From: Phoronis australis
Taxonomy: Eukaryota; Animalia; Phoronida
DNA: 64,000 nucleotides
Assembly (NCBI GenBank): GCA_002633005.1
Contig: NMRA01000281.1
Coordinates: 496,527-560,526 of the forward strand
Direction: 5' to 3'
The stretch's first letter is position 1; every line of letters begins with the position of its first letter. A program made the translations under genes and the position numbers. Shown here one piece after another: positions 51,101 to 63,262 of the stretch. The notes under the pieces were generated by a model, which saw nothing but the letters and a program-made list of their open reading frames with translations, had not been told where the DNA came from and searched no databases.

Positions 51101-54100
51101 CTTTAAACATATTTAGGGAATGTATCCCATTCTTTATTTTTTCCTTCTAAAGTAACGTTTATTCCTTTTAATTAACAAGGACTAATACAAAATGTTGACA
51201 TCTGGAACAGCTAAGCCCCCTCTTTCCCTACTATTTACAGCAATATCTCTTCTAACTCCTGGGGATTTATTTTGCCATATGAATCCCTTGATAATATTAC
51301 TAATCTCCCATCGTTTCTTAGGAGACATACCTAATGTATTCGTAACATAAATTATTTTGGACATAGCAAAGGTTTTGATCACCAATTCTTCCAAGTAAGG
51401 AAATATTTCGGCTTTTCCATATATCTATTGTTTTTTGAAAATTTTGTAATCATAATTACGGGCATTGTATTTCTCCTTATTGCGCCCAAAATACATGCCA
51501 AACATTTGATTGGCTATCCAGATCACAAAATTTCGTTGCATTCTTTATCCTTCCCAAGATGAAGGCCTTCTCATTTATTTGGATTTAACCTCAATCCAGA
51601 TACTTCCCCAAAACGTTGAAGAAAACCTAGTAAATTGAAACCTGAAGTCTTGTCTTGAAGAAATTTTGTGTCGTCAGCATACTGCAATACCTTAAATTCA
51701 CATCCTTCAATATTAATGCCTCTAATGTACATGCAGTTTGCCATTACTTGGACACATAAACAAAATAACTGAGTAACAAGTCTCCATGTCTTGCAACTCT
51801 TTTACGTTTAACACAATCAGTGGACAAGCCACTGTCAACCACACAGGAAGTGGGGTTGTTATAGAGAATATTAAGCCATTTTTTAAAATTGGGGCCAAAA
51901 TTAAAGGCATGCACAACCTTATGTGTAAATTCCCATTCGATTGTGTCATACGCTTTTTTGAAGTCCAAAAGTAGGATGTGGCCTTGAACTTCATTTAAGT
52001 TTGTAGATGCAATAACATCTTCTATTATTCTTATATTATAACCAATAAATCTCCCTTTAACAGCACTTAATATGTATCAACTGCTGCATACAAGTATTTA
52101 AACGTGACGTCAGAACTTTGGTCAACAGCTTGTAGTCAATGTTTAACAATGTTATCGGTCTCCAGAAATCTAATGACTGTAATTCTGAGTTGTCTTTAGA
52201 CTTAGGTATAATTCCTCTATTTTGTGAGGGAGACAAACTTCCTACTTCAAGGTGGTATTCAAAACACTCACAAAGAGGGCCCTTGATTTCTTCCCAAAAA
52301 CATTTATAAAATTCATACCTCAAACCATCCGTTCCAGGCAATTTGTTGTTCTTAGTATTTTTTAAAAGCTCCGTAAGATTTAGCTTGTATAAAATTCCTA
52401 TTCAGAAATTCAACATCATCGACTGATAGAGTGTCAGGCAATTCAAACATATTGAGAAAATTTAAATTTGTTCCTAAATTGCTATCATCACTGCTATATA
52501 ACTTGGAGAAATAATTGTATATTTCCTTCCTTATTAAACCGTGATCTCTTATTAATTGTCCATTACAATCTTTAAGCTCTGTAATATATTTTTCTTGTAG
52601 TTTCTTTTTTCCAAGTTACCAAAATATTTGGAGTTACCTTCTCCATTTTCTATCCGTTGAGCTCTACTTCTGATCGTCTCTCCTTTTAAGTTTTGGGTCC
52701 GCAATACTTGTAATTAGGACTATGATATATTTGACTTACCACCATTCGACACCCAATGCTCGCAGTTTGTTGCGAAAACTGATTGACAACAAACATTACA
52801 AAAGTATAGAAAGCACAGACCGAATGTTGTCTTTCAGTGTGTAGACCTGATTTCGCCTGCTCGCCGGTTTAACCGGTAAGGAGATCTGATAAGCTCTCGG
52901 TGGTGACTTCCGGCACACAGACCAACCTGGCCCCGGGGTCTAATCTTTCCACTCGAATTTATTTTGGCACCTTCTATAATATTTTTGTGCGAACTCAAGA
53001 TAAGTGTCTATTATCCTATGTTAGAGTAAATATTGTTCCCAGCATGAAGGCTAAAACTTCGAGTCTGAATTCAGGTTTCTAGTTCGAATTTAGAGGTCAT
53101 CAAGTGTGAACTTGGACAAGAAACTCACATGAATAAACTGTAATGTACTTGAGCATAGATTAAATACACTTACGAGTAGAATATCAGAATTTTGTTTTCG
53201 ATTTCTAGTAAAAAGAGTAGACCCTTACTAAGATGTCTTAGCCGCTGGCAGAACCGGAGAAGTACATCAAGTGTAGTTGCAATGTACTCACAAAATATTA
53301 GAAATTTATGAAAAGAGACTAATATAATGGTCATCTATCTACCGAAAATTCAAATCAGGGCTAAAAATAATTAACATTAAAAATAAAAAAGATTCATTAT
53401 ACGAAATTTTGTCCATGCGACAGGCTATGGTCAGGTTCAATCAGCAGCTGGCCAAGAATGCAGGCCTAAGGGAACAGATAGATAATCTAAGACACGAGAG
53501 AAGAATGTTTGACAAGTTGTACACGAAGGTACTGAAGCAACTGGAAAGTGTGAGAAAGGAGATAACCTCCCTTGTGGAGAGCGCGACACAGGCTTACGAA
53601 CAAAGGTACATCAGAGTGGATATATATGTTAATTTGTTAACGATGTGGTTTTTAAACGCTCAGACATATCACGTTGTGAAACTTTCAAGAGAAAATTGTC
53701 ATTTAAGTTCCTTTCTACAATGGCAAACACTTCCAAACTTTTGTCTGCAAACTTGACAAATTGGACTTATGATACAACAGTTAGGTTGGTTTATGTCTAT
53801 TTGGTAACAAGACACCAGATGGCAATGTACTGCAATGGTCGCCTACCCTCCAAACTTAGGAACAACATTGAAAACTCTTTGCAAAGTCCGCTTGGTAGTA
53901 ACGCTTTGGGAAAGTTAATTGCCCGATCATCGCACTGATATGAGTCGCGAATTACGAGAACTCTTTCAGATACTGAAAATATTTCAGTTGAAGCAGTATG
54001 TTCCGGCGAGGGCAGGTTTGGCTTACGCATGATTAAATATTTGAAAACCTGTTGCTGCGTTACGCCAACTTTAATTCCTTCAGAGCCCGATAAAGGTTGA

Positions 54101-57100
54101 TAGCTTCAACTTGTACAAAGTGAGTATCTCATTTACTATCCCATGTAAGCTGATAGTCTGTTTAACTCGTCTTGCATTTAGAGACGAGGCTCACAACAAA
54201 ATGACGAGCCTTAAGGAGCGTGGTGAGAAGGAGAAAGCTATGTTTGAGAGTGAGATGAAAGCGCTGCACGTTGTGATCAGCCACGACAACAAACTGAAGG
54301 AGTTTATGAACACCAAAGCCAACGAACGACTGGAGTACCAGCAAATTGAAGCTGCCAAGAGGAAGAAAAGGGGTGACTTGAGACTGCATTTTTTGTATAT
54401 GTGCCTCACTTTCCGTCTTTTAACCTCCTCACTTTCTCACCTCCTTTTCTCTGGCTTGTCTTCACTTCCATCCAATCAGGTCTTTTCTTTGCCCTTCCTC
54501 CTCGCTTATTTGCGCTTACCGCCACGCTTCACTCTTCCCTTTATCCACCCTACGCTCTCCCCTTCACCTATATGCAATTTATTTTGCAACGCCACAGCAA
54601 AAAAGTGGTTTTCATAAAGCGCTACTTGCCAACCAACTTAGCTTTTACGAACCCCTAATTTACCTTAAAATGGCTATAAACCCGTCTTCCATCACAAAAA
54701 ATATTTTCAAACTGTTCCTTTGTCAAATTGGAAGTGATATCAGGACTTCAAAAGAACTGAGGTTCGTTATTGCTTCAGATCAGGCTCTAAAATTTGGTTG
54801 TCACGGCTTGTCTTTTATTCGGCGGTCTCTGGGTATGAGCAACCGTTAGTTCTCTGCAAGCCCGAGAATAAATTTTCACCTGATTGTTGATGTTGAAAAC
54901 AATTTTGTAGCTGCAAGCGCTCGAAATTGATAGTTCGCTTCTTTGACCAAACGCGAGCTTATAGCCATTTTACGTCAGAGTTTGCACATGTTTCTGTTAG
55001 CTTGTCAAATGACCGGAGTCTGTACATTTGAACAGCAAAGCAATAGCGACTGTACTGCAATAAGTTCCAAATGGTAAAAGAAATGCGTAAGGAAACTATA
55101 GATAATTATACACCATCTATAGGCTGCATTGCTGATATTTCTACACAGCTGGTGCAGATCGACCGGAGGAGGACACGATGACGTTGATCTCATACGAGCA
55201 TCTGTACGAACGACTGAAGGAAGCTACAGGCACCGACGACCTCACCACGATGGTGGAAAACTTCATCGATCACGAGGATATGAACTTTGCCCTGTATAAT
55301 TACGTGAATGAGCTAAACAACGAGATCGAGTTGATGGAAGACCAGATCGCCACCATCAAGAAAGACATCAAGATGTTCATCGAGGAAGATACGCAGACCG
55401 AGACCGACAGGTCACAGATACTTGCCAAAATGGAGGTGACTTCTTGACTTTGTTGAATCCATTTGGCATTTTGACATCACCAAGGCACGGGAACAGCAAA
55501 ATGTGTCAGAGATTCTATTGGAAAATAGACCAGTCATGCCAGGTTACACTTAAAATGAAAGCCTTTTCTACTCAAAGAGTGCCGCAAGATTGGCTAATTT
55601 TCCTGTCGAATCTAGAAAGTTTGGATATGTCGTACCGTGATTTACCAGCCATTTTTGGATAGATTTCATGTTATTTAATGTCATTTAACACTCCCCACAA
55701 GGTTGTGATAATTCTTTGCAATCTTGATGTAGACTGCACTGGCTCCAGAATTTTCAGAGGGGGTATTCACAATCTATTCGTACAACGTTGTTTTACGCGT
55801 AGAACAAGCTATTGCTCGTGAGAAACGTAGAGGAGAGGGGAGGGGGAGCGCAGCCCTCGATCCACTGAGTAACTAACAATGCTTGAAACACTTGAATAAT
55901 CTTTCATAAAATCGTGAAAGATTTTCACAAGGAAGTGCAAGGAACAGACTAGTCCGTTTCCTGTATTCCCATGTTCCTGTTGATGGCTTGGGGGGCTGGT
56001 CTACTTTATCTCGTAGAAAGAATGTTTTGTGTATGGAGGCATGTAGCCTAACACCTGCTGGTTAAGTTGCTCTTAAGTTCGCTAGGGTAAATATTACAAT
56101 TTCTTTGTCTGGCATGGTCATTCGCCAATTCTCGGTAGAAGACTCAATTTTTTGTTTTGTGTACCTTCTGCCAAAAAAAACGTATGTATATACACAATGA
56201 CAGCACAAACAAACATCAGTAAACCATCCTGATCAACTGTTACCTGCTCATGTGTAGGAGCAGATCAGAGAGAAATCTGCCGTGATGTCAGAGAACACCA
56301 AGAAGCTAAAGGAGGTGACTGCCACCCTAGACAAGCTGAAAGGCGATATAGAGAACCTGTTCAAGACTGTTCGCTGTGACCCCGCCCCCATACGCGACAT
56401 GCTCGGCGGCTCGGACGAGATCAACAATAAGGTCATCATGCTCTACTTGGGAATGATTGAACATCGCGTCACCGAGCTGATGAACTTGAAGATGTTCCTC
56501 GACCGACCTATCAGAACTAATGCTTCGCCTGCACCGGCTAGGGCGGTGGTTTCCGCGGTAGGACACATTTACTTATAGCTCCGAACTTCATAGTTTTAAA
56601 TTAGAAATATTGTGGAATTTTCGTGCCCAGTGAGGGTGTTAAAGTATTGGTAGTGTAGTTTGGTCATGCCGCAAAATTAGGCAATAAACCCTTGGTTTGC
56701 GAGGTGCACGTTGAGTGATCTTGTCATGATGAAAAGTTGAAATTGCAGCTACGTCTCTTTTTATCTCAAGAGGAAAACATCGTATGTCATATCTCTTGAT
56801 CAAGAGCAACTCAACAGGAGAGATCACCTTTCACTCTGTACCTGGGGTGAAGCGTTTGGGAATAGCACTCACACCGTATTAGTCGAGATTCTCGTGCTTG
56901 GTGCATAACCAAGACATTGGGCTGGATCATTTGGTGAATTGGTGGTATATAAAGTCACGATCTAATTGTATATCTTTTCTATATGGTGACAGTTGTCATC
57001 TTTTGTTTGCTGCATAGGAAATGAATTGAACAACAGTAGTGAACAATTTTCTGTAACGGAGCTCACCAACCTTGTAGTCGTTAATAGGGCTTGTTTAAGC

Positions 57101-60100
57101 AAATCAATTTCTGAAATGTTCACAAAAGTATAGCAAACGTCCAAGGGTTTGTTTCATGAAACGCGATTTTAAAAGATGTCGTCTTACGTTCCACAAAATT
57201 ATCCTAATTAACAATGTGCTTCCGAAAAGAACTGCAGTTTCACTTCAGCACTGTAGTACGTTGGAGTTAAAACGGCAAGTAATTAATAGATAATATGATA
57301 CGTTTTTGCAGTAATTGCTACGCAGAGATGTGCTTACAATTAAGTGACAAAAGCTTTATTCAGTGCGTAAGACAACATTTGTGTCTCGAGTCATCAGTCT
57401 GTTTATGTGGAAGAGTTCCCCAGTTCCAGTTTCAGAGTTTGTACTTTCAGACTGATACTAGTGATAATGGTCGACAGTCAGTCAAAGACAAACACTCCGT
57501 GAGTTCATTTCATAACACTCATTTCATCGACCTATATTTTCACTTTCATGTCTCCATCTAGGTTCATTTCATCCTCACTCGTAATGTATAACGTTCTTGC
57601 TTACCCTAGATCTCCAGTTATTCCCTCGATTGGTGGCATGTCGTAATTCGGACGTTTGACCCACTGAAAAAATATAAAACGCCAAAATAAAATAAAGTAA
57701 AAAACAATTATAAATTTACAAGGAACTCGAAATTACAAAGCACTTCGAAAATTATTACATGGCCGTGAACCTGGTCAGTCCTAATCCTTCTGAGCTCCCT
57801 GCAGTCAGAAAACACGTACTAATCCAAACACAACAATTTTGTTGAAACTTCAAGTACTAAATTGCCCTCGTAGTTGAATGAATCGGAAATCAGTCCAAGA
57901 CATGAAACGTTTTTGGAAATGCGACGTAGCTGTGCACTTTTGTGGAGTCCAATCTCATCACAATAGTGGCAAATACCCCATCACTAAACATCTGAATAAG
58001 TCTGGACCCAACGTAACAATGTGAGTTTTAGTTTGCATGGTCTCTGCACCTACAACACGTAAATGAAAAAGGTTCTTTGTTTACTATAATTTAATAGAAT
58101 TAGGACTAATTGAATGATGAAAATATTTGTCGTATTACAGGTCATTTTTGAAGTTGTAAAGCCATGTTCGTGTTGGACTAAACATTGCACTTACTTAAAA
58201 GCGCAATGTGGTTGCTTAGGTGAAAGATCTGTTTCGATACAGTTTTAATTTGTCATTGAATTTCATTAATTTTTCCTATTTTGTATTTTGGTCTTAGTTT
58301 ACGACAAGTCTGAAAAAAATATGAAATTTACATAGATACTGAAAAGTCCTCCATAATTAAATTCATGGTTGAAACCCTTTTATTAATTTTGTTTTACGAT
58401 GTCAGCTTTACGTTTTAACCGCTTTAATTATGTTTCTCGGTTTACTGGTTTTCTAGGCCAGCATATAGTAAACCGTTCTTCTGCTTATTTACAGTACCTT
58501 AAAATTTTGCTATAAATTTTATTTCGATGCCCAAAGTGTTTTCTGTGAAAGTGAAAACATAAGAGGTCGCCAGCTACGTTTTGAGCAATTTTCACTCGCA
58601 TAGCGTCGTTTAAAGATGCACAGTTTGCGTTAAATTCTCGTAAAACGAGTAATGTATACGTATTGTCAAAACCTGGACACAAGCGATTTGATTATGTGGC
58701 AAGGTGAAAGATCAATGGATCACTTCTGAAATAACGGAAATAAATCCCCTACACACCAGTGATGCGAAGGTAGGAAGGGTCAACTCAGAAGCTTGCAAAA
58801 TATTTCGAATACTTCCAAACATTTGATGGTGTTCTGCTGTCTAATTTACGGCTTAGTTTTCTAATATCCGCTACCTTTAACGTTTCTGTCTTTAGAAGAA
58901 GCGCCCATCGTCTGCAATGAAGAAGTCAGATCCTGTTGAGAAAATGACTACAGCTCAGATCATCATCCCCAAACCGCCCGAGCGCATTGTCATTGAAATC
59001 AGCCCACCAGACAGCAAGTAAGCTACCATGACATTCATTTTGCTTGCACAATGACAGTGAGTGATATCTTTACCACAGGACGCAAGACTATCACTGTAGC
59101 GGAACTCTTTTGCAAAACACGACACACCAGGAGCTATGACAACTGTTCCCTCTAGGGGTAGGGATGATCAGATTTCCGAAAGGTGGTGGGTCAAAGAGAG
59201 CGCAAGATATGATCTGGACAAAAGTCCCACATTCTCTACATTAACAACAGTTACGAAAACTTGTTTTCCTACATGCAAGTCGTAATCAATCGACGTATCC
59301 TGTTCAACGCACGTTTCGAATAATTAGTCTGGAACTTGATTTTGACTGATAAGTTAATCGTAATGGAAGGCTGGTTCATAGTCTCTTCAGTCGTTATCCC
59401 CTGTGAAAAGAGCCTTTCCACTGCAATGTGTGTCTCCTGTGCAGACTAAAATACAATGTATAGTCGGTGAGTTCAAATTTGCTCTTGTTGATGCTTGATA
59501 TTGAGTCTATAGCAGGAAAAGACTGGAAATGCATGCGCCTGTTGAAACTCCAACTCCATATACCTCTCAGTTGATGGCCTTTTCTTTTTCGTGCTGGAGG
59601 CCCCAGGCTGCATTTGCTGAGGCGGTTAGGTCCTCCCCCGACGGCTTCCTGGTTACGGAGGTTGATTGATCTACAAATACTAACTGCCCCAATGCTATGA
59701 TCTCTAGCTCTGAAATCGCATTTGGTCAGGATCAATTATGCACGGAAGGTGTTCTTAAAATCCATGGATATTGTGAGAAAAGCTAGGTCTCGCAGTCTCT
59801 CGAGTGAAAAGCAAGGAATTTGAGAGTATGCTCGAAAGCTCACTTGCCTGTCCTAGCAAAATGGCGGCCATTGAAGCGATTGTTCGCCGAGGTTGGAGTG
59901 TTGAGTTATAGGAATAAATTCAGGGTTTCCGTGCCATATAAGGGAAGAGTTTTCGTCTGTACTGTAAGCAAATGTCGTGCAGTCTACGGAACTCAACCTT
60001 ATTTCAATACCGCGCCAAGATGAAAGCCTATTATACTGTCAGAACAGCCTGAGCATATTCACCAGAGGACATTTGACCGTGCTCAGTGAAAGTACTTTCA

Positions 60101-61459
60101 ACGATTTGTATTAGTAGAAATAAAATCTTATTGCCACATGTTCTGCAGAAAGGAGACGGGTTAAAATTTCTTAACGATCAAGGCTATGACATCATAATCA
60201 ACCCTGGTAATTTTATCTGCTTCCAACTGTTCATTTCAGTTCTTTCAACCTAGTTTGCCAAGATTTTCGAACTCCCTCTGTTGTCACAATTTTTTACCCT
60301 GTGCCTGTCGCCTCTACCTTTGAGGGTCCCTTAAGGTGTAGTTTAATAATCTTAATGGATAATCCGGTAGTCTGGTATGCACCCGTCCCAAAAGTTGCGA
60401 GGGGAACGTGTGACTTTGCCTGGTTAAAATGCAGTCAACCGCGTAACAATGTTGACTTGCTTAGTTGGAAACTTATTGATGTGGCTAGCCTGTACGTTTT
60501 TTATTTTGACATTTGAAAAAGGCTGTAGAGGACCATTTATTAGTCTTTCATTGTTCACATGGTCAATTATTCAGAGTATACCAACTACTAAGTATCACAT
60601 AGGCTGTATAATACGAATACAGTGTCAGTCTGTAAGATAAGGTTTGCATAAGTGCGCCCATTTGCTACAATCCAACCCCATCGCAGTAAGCGCAGTATAA
60701 GTGGAGACTGGGTTTATGACGGTATTGCAGTTTATAGCCTTTCGAGCGGCGTAAAAGTAGTACTAAAAACATAGCTGTTGTTGATGTGACCATGTTGTCG
60801 TTATTGGGAGAGCCAGCTTTCGTTATTAAGTTACTTGACGTCATTTTTACAACGAATCTGGAGTCAAAAGGTTTGGTATTAGCTAATGCATATCTCCTTT
60901 ACGGGAATTAGTGTAGCTTTTACAGTATCATTCCCTCTAGAGGTGGGGATGTACGACAGAGGGTAGGTAGTACACGGGTTCCGTAAACCCAACACACTCG
61001 CGATTAATCCTTACTTATGGAGTGGAAACACTTAATTAGAACAATCCTATAATTGAACATGTCAATCTCACCAATCACTTCAATGGCTGCCATTTCGGTA
61101 GGGTGGCAACAGTAAGCTCCAGAGCCTACTAACGCAAAATGCGTCATTTTGACTGGTCTTGCAAGATCTAACTTTTCCCTAAGTATCCCGACTCTATGGA
61201 ACTCACTTAAATGCCTCTTTATGATCCAGTAAAATTTGGCCACGCCAACTAGTCTTAGAGACATCCAGTGCTTTTTATTTTCAGGGAAGAGGTAGGAGAG
61301 GACGAAGACGAGCAAAAGCCGTTGACTCACGCTGAGCTGAGAGAGCGCGTGCAGCGCAAGCTGTTGAAACGTGATCAGATGCAAAAAATTTCGATGAGCA
61401 AGAAACGCACGTCAAACAGCGGCCCAGGCCCAGCTCCCAATGTCGTGGGAATGGCATAG
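48012..61459 (+). CDS. ODAD1: Outer dynein arm docking complex subunit, ODAD1/CCDC114-CCDC63 (DC2) family; gene span, 9 coding exons, about 574 aa
   Basis: Coiled-coil protein with family motifs ELAKLQRQ, IRTLSNRLDK, RFNQQLAKNAGLREQIDNLR, NFALYNYVNELNNEIE, LYLGMIEHRV, KPLTHAELR; exon lengths sum to 1725 nt with consistent phases. Confidence 0.9.
49152..49341 (+). CDS. ODAD1: ODAD1-like coding exon 2
   Basis: ctgaag|A...CAG|gtaaa; QELQMLSTEGQEIV...RMAELNMQ. Confidence 0.85.
49927..50049 (+). CDS. ODAD1: ODAD1-like coding exon 3
   Basis: ctgtag|ATT...AAG|gtaat; ...RRKIRTLSNRLDK. Confidence 0.9.
50340..52720 (-). mobile_element. Decayed, 5'-truncated L1/Tx1-clade non-LTR retrotransposon (ORF2 reverse transcriptase) in ODAD1 intron 3
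   Basis: Frameshifted fragments IRSRAQ..E.GE.NSKYF, PGTDGL, WRPITLLNIDYK, DFKKAYD, LQYADDT (~51665-51690), GGLAVPD, HLFLEC. Confidence 0.88.
53424..53605 (+). CDS. ODAD1: ODAD1-like coding exon 4
   Basis: gacag|GCT...AG|gtaca; AMVRFNQQLAKNAGLREQID...AYEQ. Confidence 0.9.
54182..54372 (+). CDS. ODAD1: ODAD1-like coding exon 5
   Basis: tttag|A...G|gtgac; DEAHNKMTSLKER...KLKEFMNTKANER. Confidence 0.9.
54669..54969. mobile_element. Kolobok-like MITE related to 25652-26356
   Basis: TTAA|AATGGCTATAA ... TTATAGCCATT|TTAC; 5' end similar to the 25652 copy. Confidence 0.5.
55149..55435 (+). CDS. ODAD1: ODAD1-like coding exon 6
   Basis: acacag|CT...GAG|gtgac (in-frame alternative AG 9 nt downstream); SYEHLYERLK...NFALYNYVNELN. 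Confidence 0.88.
56258..56557 (+). CDS. ODAD1: ODAD1-like coding exon 7
   Basis: gtgtag|GAG...GCG|gtagg; LDKLKGDIENLFKTVRCD...YLGMIEHRVTEL. Confidence 0.87.
58896..59017 (+). CDS. ODAD1: ODAD1-like coding exon 8
   Basis: ctttag|AAG...AA|gtaag; KKRPSSAM...IEISPPDS; phase 0-2 fits both neighbours. Confidence 0.78.
61285..61459 (+). CDS. ODAD1: ODAD1-like terminal coding exon
   Basis: tttcag|G; EEVGEDEDEQKPLTHAELRERV...; TAG ends at 61459. Confidence 0.85.
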
Positions 61460-61945
61460 CGTTGGAACTGGCGAAAGATCGGTGCCACGCCTTCGGTTAA
61501 TTCGCATTGAATTTTACCAGGGCTGATCTGTCTAGGCTTGGGCAGGATCATTCTACGGTGTCTATAGACGATTTTCTATCTTTAATATAATTAATCTATG
61601 TGTTGCATGTTGCGATGCGGTTCACTGGCTAAATACGCCCGAATATATTACATGGACAAAACCTTCTGAAATTGGTTTACTTACTTACATGTTCTAAGGT
61701 ATAGAGGAACTTGACTACGTAAAACACGTCAATGCAGCTAGAAATGTACCACTGCACGTCTGCCTTTGTAAATGTTTCTTGTTTCCTTTTGTAAGGATCA
61801 AGCGAAATAGTTTTCATAGTTTCTAAAAGGCTCATGAAGTGATAGACCATGCTTTTGGCCTTCCACATCAAGCCAAGAGCAACGCGGAGTGTTGAAATGC
61901 GCCCAAGACTGCGACGCAAATGGCGTGCTTCCAAAGGCGTTTTTA

Positions 61946-62186
61946 CAAGGGCGCACCCGGGGGAGGGGGGCTCGGGTGCTCGAATTGGGCAAAAAGGTCC
62001 GCCTCAGCGAAACAAAAGGTCCGAGTAAACGAGACAAAAGTCCACAGGAATTCTGCGCGGACGCACAATTCGTAGGCTTGAACCTAGTGACCCGTTTTTT
62101 TAGTCTTCGTTGATTTTTGTCAGTAAAAGGTCCGCATACCGAAAACTTCTAGCCCCCCCCAATATTTTAGGCTGGGTGCGCGCATG
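61946..62186. mobile_element. MITE family B copy
   Basis: CAAGGGCGCACCCGG ... CTGGGTGCGCGCATG inverted ends; internal AAAAGGTCC repeats. Confidence 0.62.
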
Positions 62187-63139
62187 TTTTAGTATCATAA
62201 AAATGACCATTAACTGACACACAATACATCAATCCGTCAGGAATTGGTAAAACGTAGTCGTCTCAATACTAAAAAACTGATCATCAAGTTTCATGAAAAT
62301 CCACGAAGGAGTTCCAAATATTCAGAGGCAGACGTAAAAAACAAATTGCCATTAGAAGGTGCAGAGGTAGTCGAAAGTGTCCAGCTGATGCCAAGTTAAT
62401 ATAAATACACTTGACAAATTGTGGTCTTGCAAGAGGTTTAGTAGATTCAGCCGCAGATGCGACTATAATGTCACTAGGGAGTACAATAGCTACGTTGGGC
62501 CTATCTGAAAATCCACGCCAGTCGTGCTCATGTCAGTAGGAACACATCTGCCACTTTTCATAACAGTCGTCAGAGCGGTTCGGTGGATACAGAAACAGAC
62601 GGCAAAAAAGCAAACGACAAAAAGCAGTCTAAAAATATATGGCATGGCCACTAGATGGCGCCGAATACGTCGAATCCATCACAAATAGGAAAGATGCTGT
62701 CATCTTCATAATAGAAGCTTGCTTCCAAATTTCATGAAAAAGCATCAAGGAATTGAGAACATATAGAAACAAAGGTAAAAAAGCAAAATTGCTACTGGGG
62801 GCATACCCGTAGTCAGAGGAGTGCAAAAAGTTATAGGCAACCACTGTCACACCTGTAGAAAAGCACCTACAAAAGTTCACGAACAACATGCAGTGGGACC
62901 AATAGCTTCAGTCATGGTCGCAAAAATACAAAATCATCACGAGGGGACGCCACAGATATCAAAAAATCAGGTCAGCTATGGTCTTCTCTTCAGGAACACG
63001 ACAATTCATAATAATCCTTCGAAGTCTTGGGCCGATATAACCTGGTTCCCGGGCCTCACAAGATGACGTCACGGATAACTTGTGAAGGCCCAGGTACAGG
63101 ATACTAGAACGATGGATTTCATTGGCGTTCAGCTGGCAA

Positions 63140-63262
63140 TTTTTAGCCAGGAAGTTGGTGCTGCGCATGTTTACATCCGGTAATACGTTACTAGGTCGCT
63201 AGGTGTCGCGAAAGTAAAAGTTATTTTGCGAGTTGCGTTTGCAGTCGGAACTGTGGTGAGGT
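63140..63262 (+). promoter_or_regulatory. Candidate promoter / first non-coding exon of a downstream gene
   Basis: CpG-enriched; CAGGAAGT (ETS-like), TGCGCATG (NRF1-like), donor-like GTG|GTGAG or GAG|GTAG followed by AT-rich sequence. Confidence 0.35.

Noticed and set aside
62629-62889. Minus-strand ORF with GYAPSSNFAFLPLF, resembling the PIG-V motif GY...NFAFFP
   Set aside because: The preceding WD motif is absent, there is no continuing homology or further exon, and the region looks like an interspersed repeat
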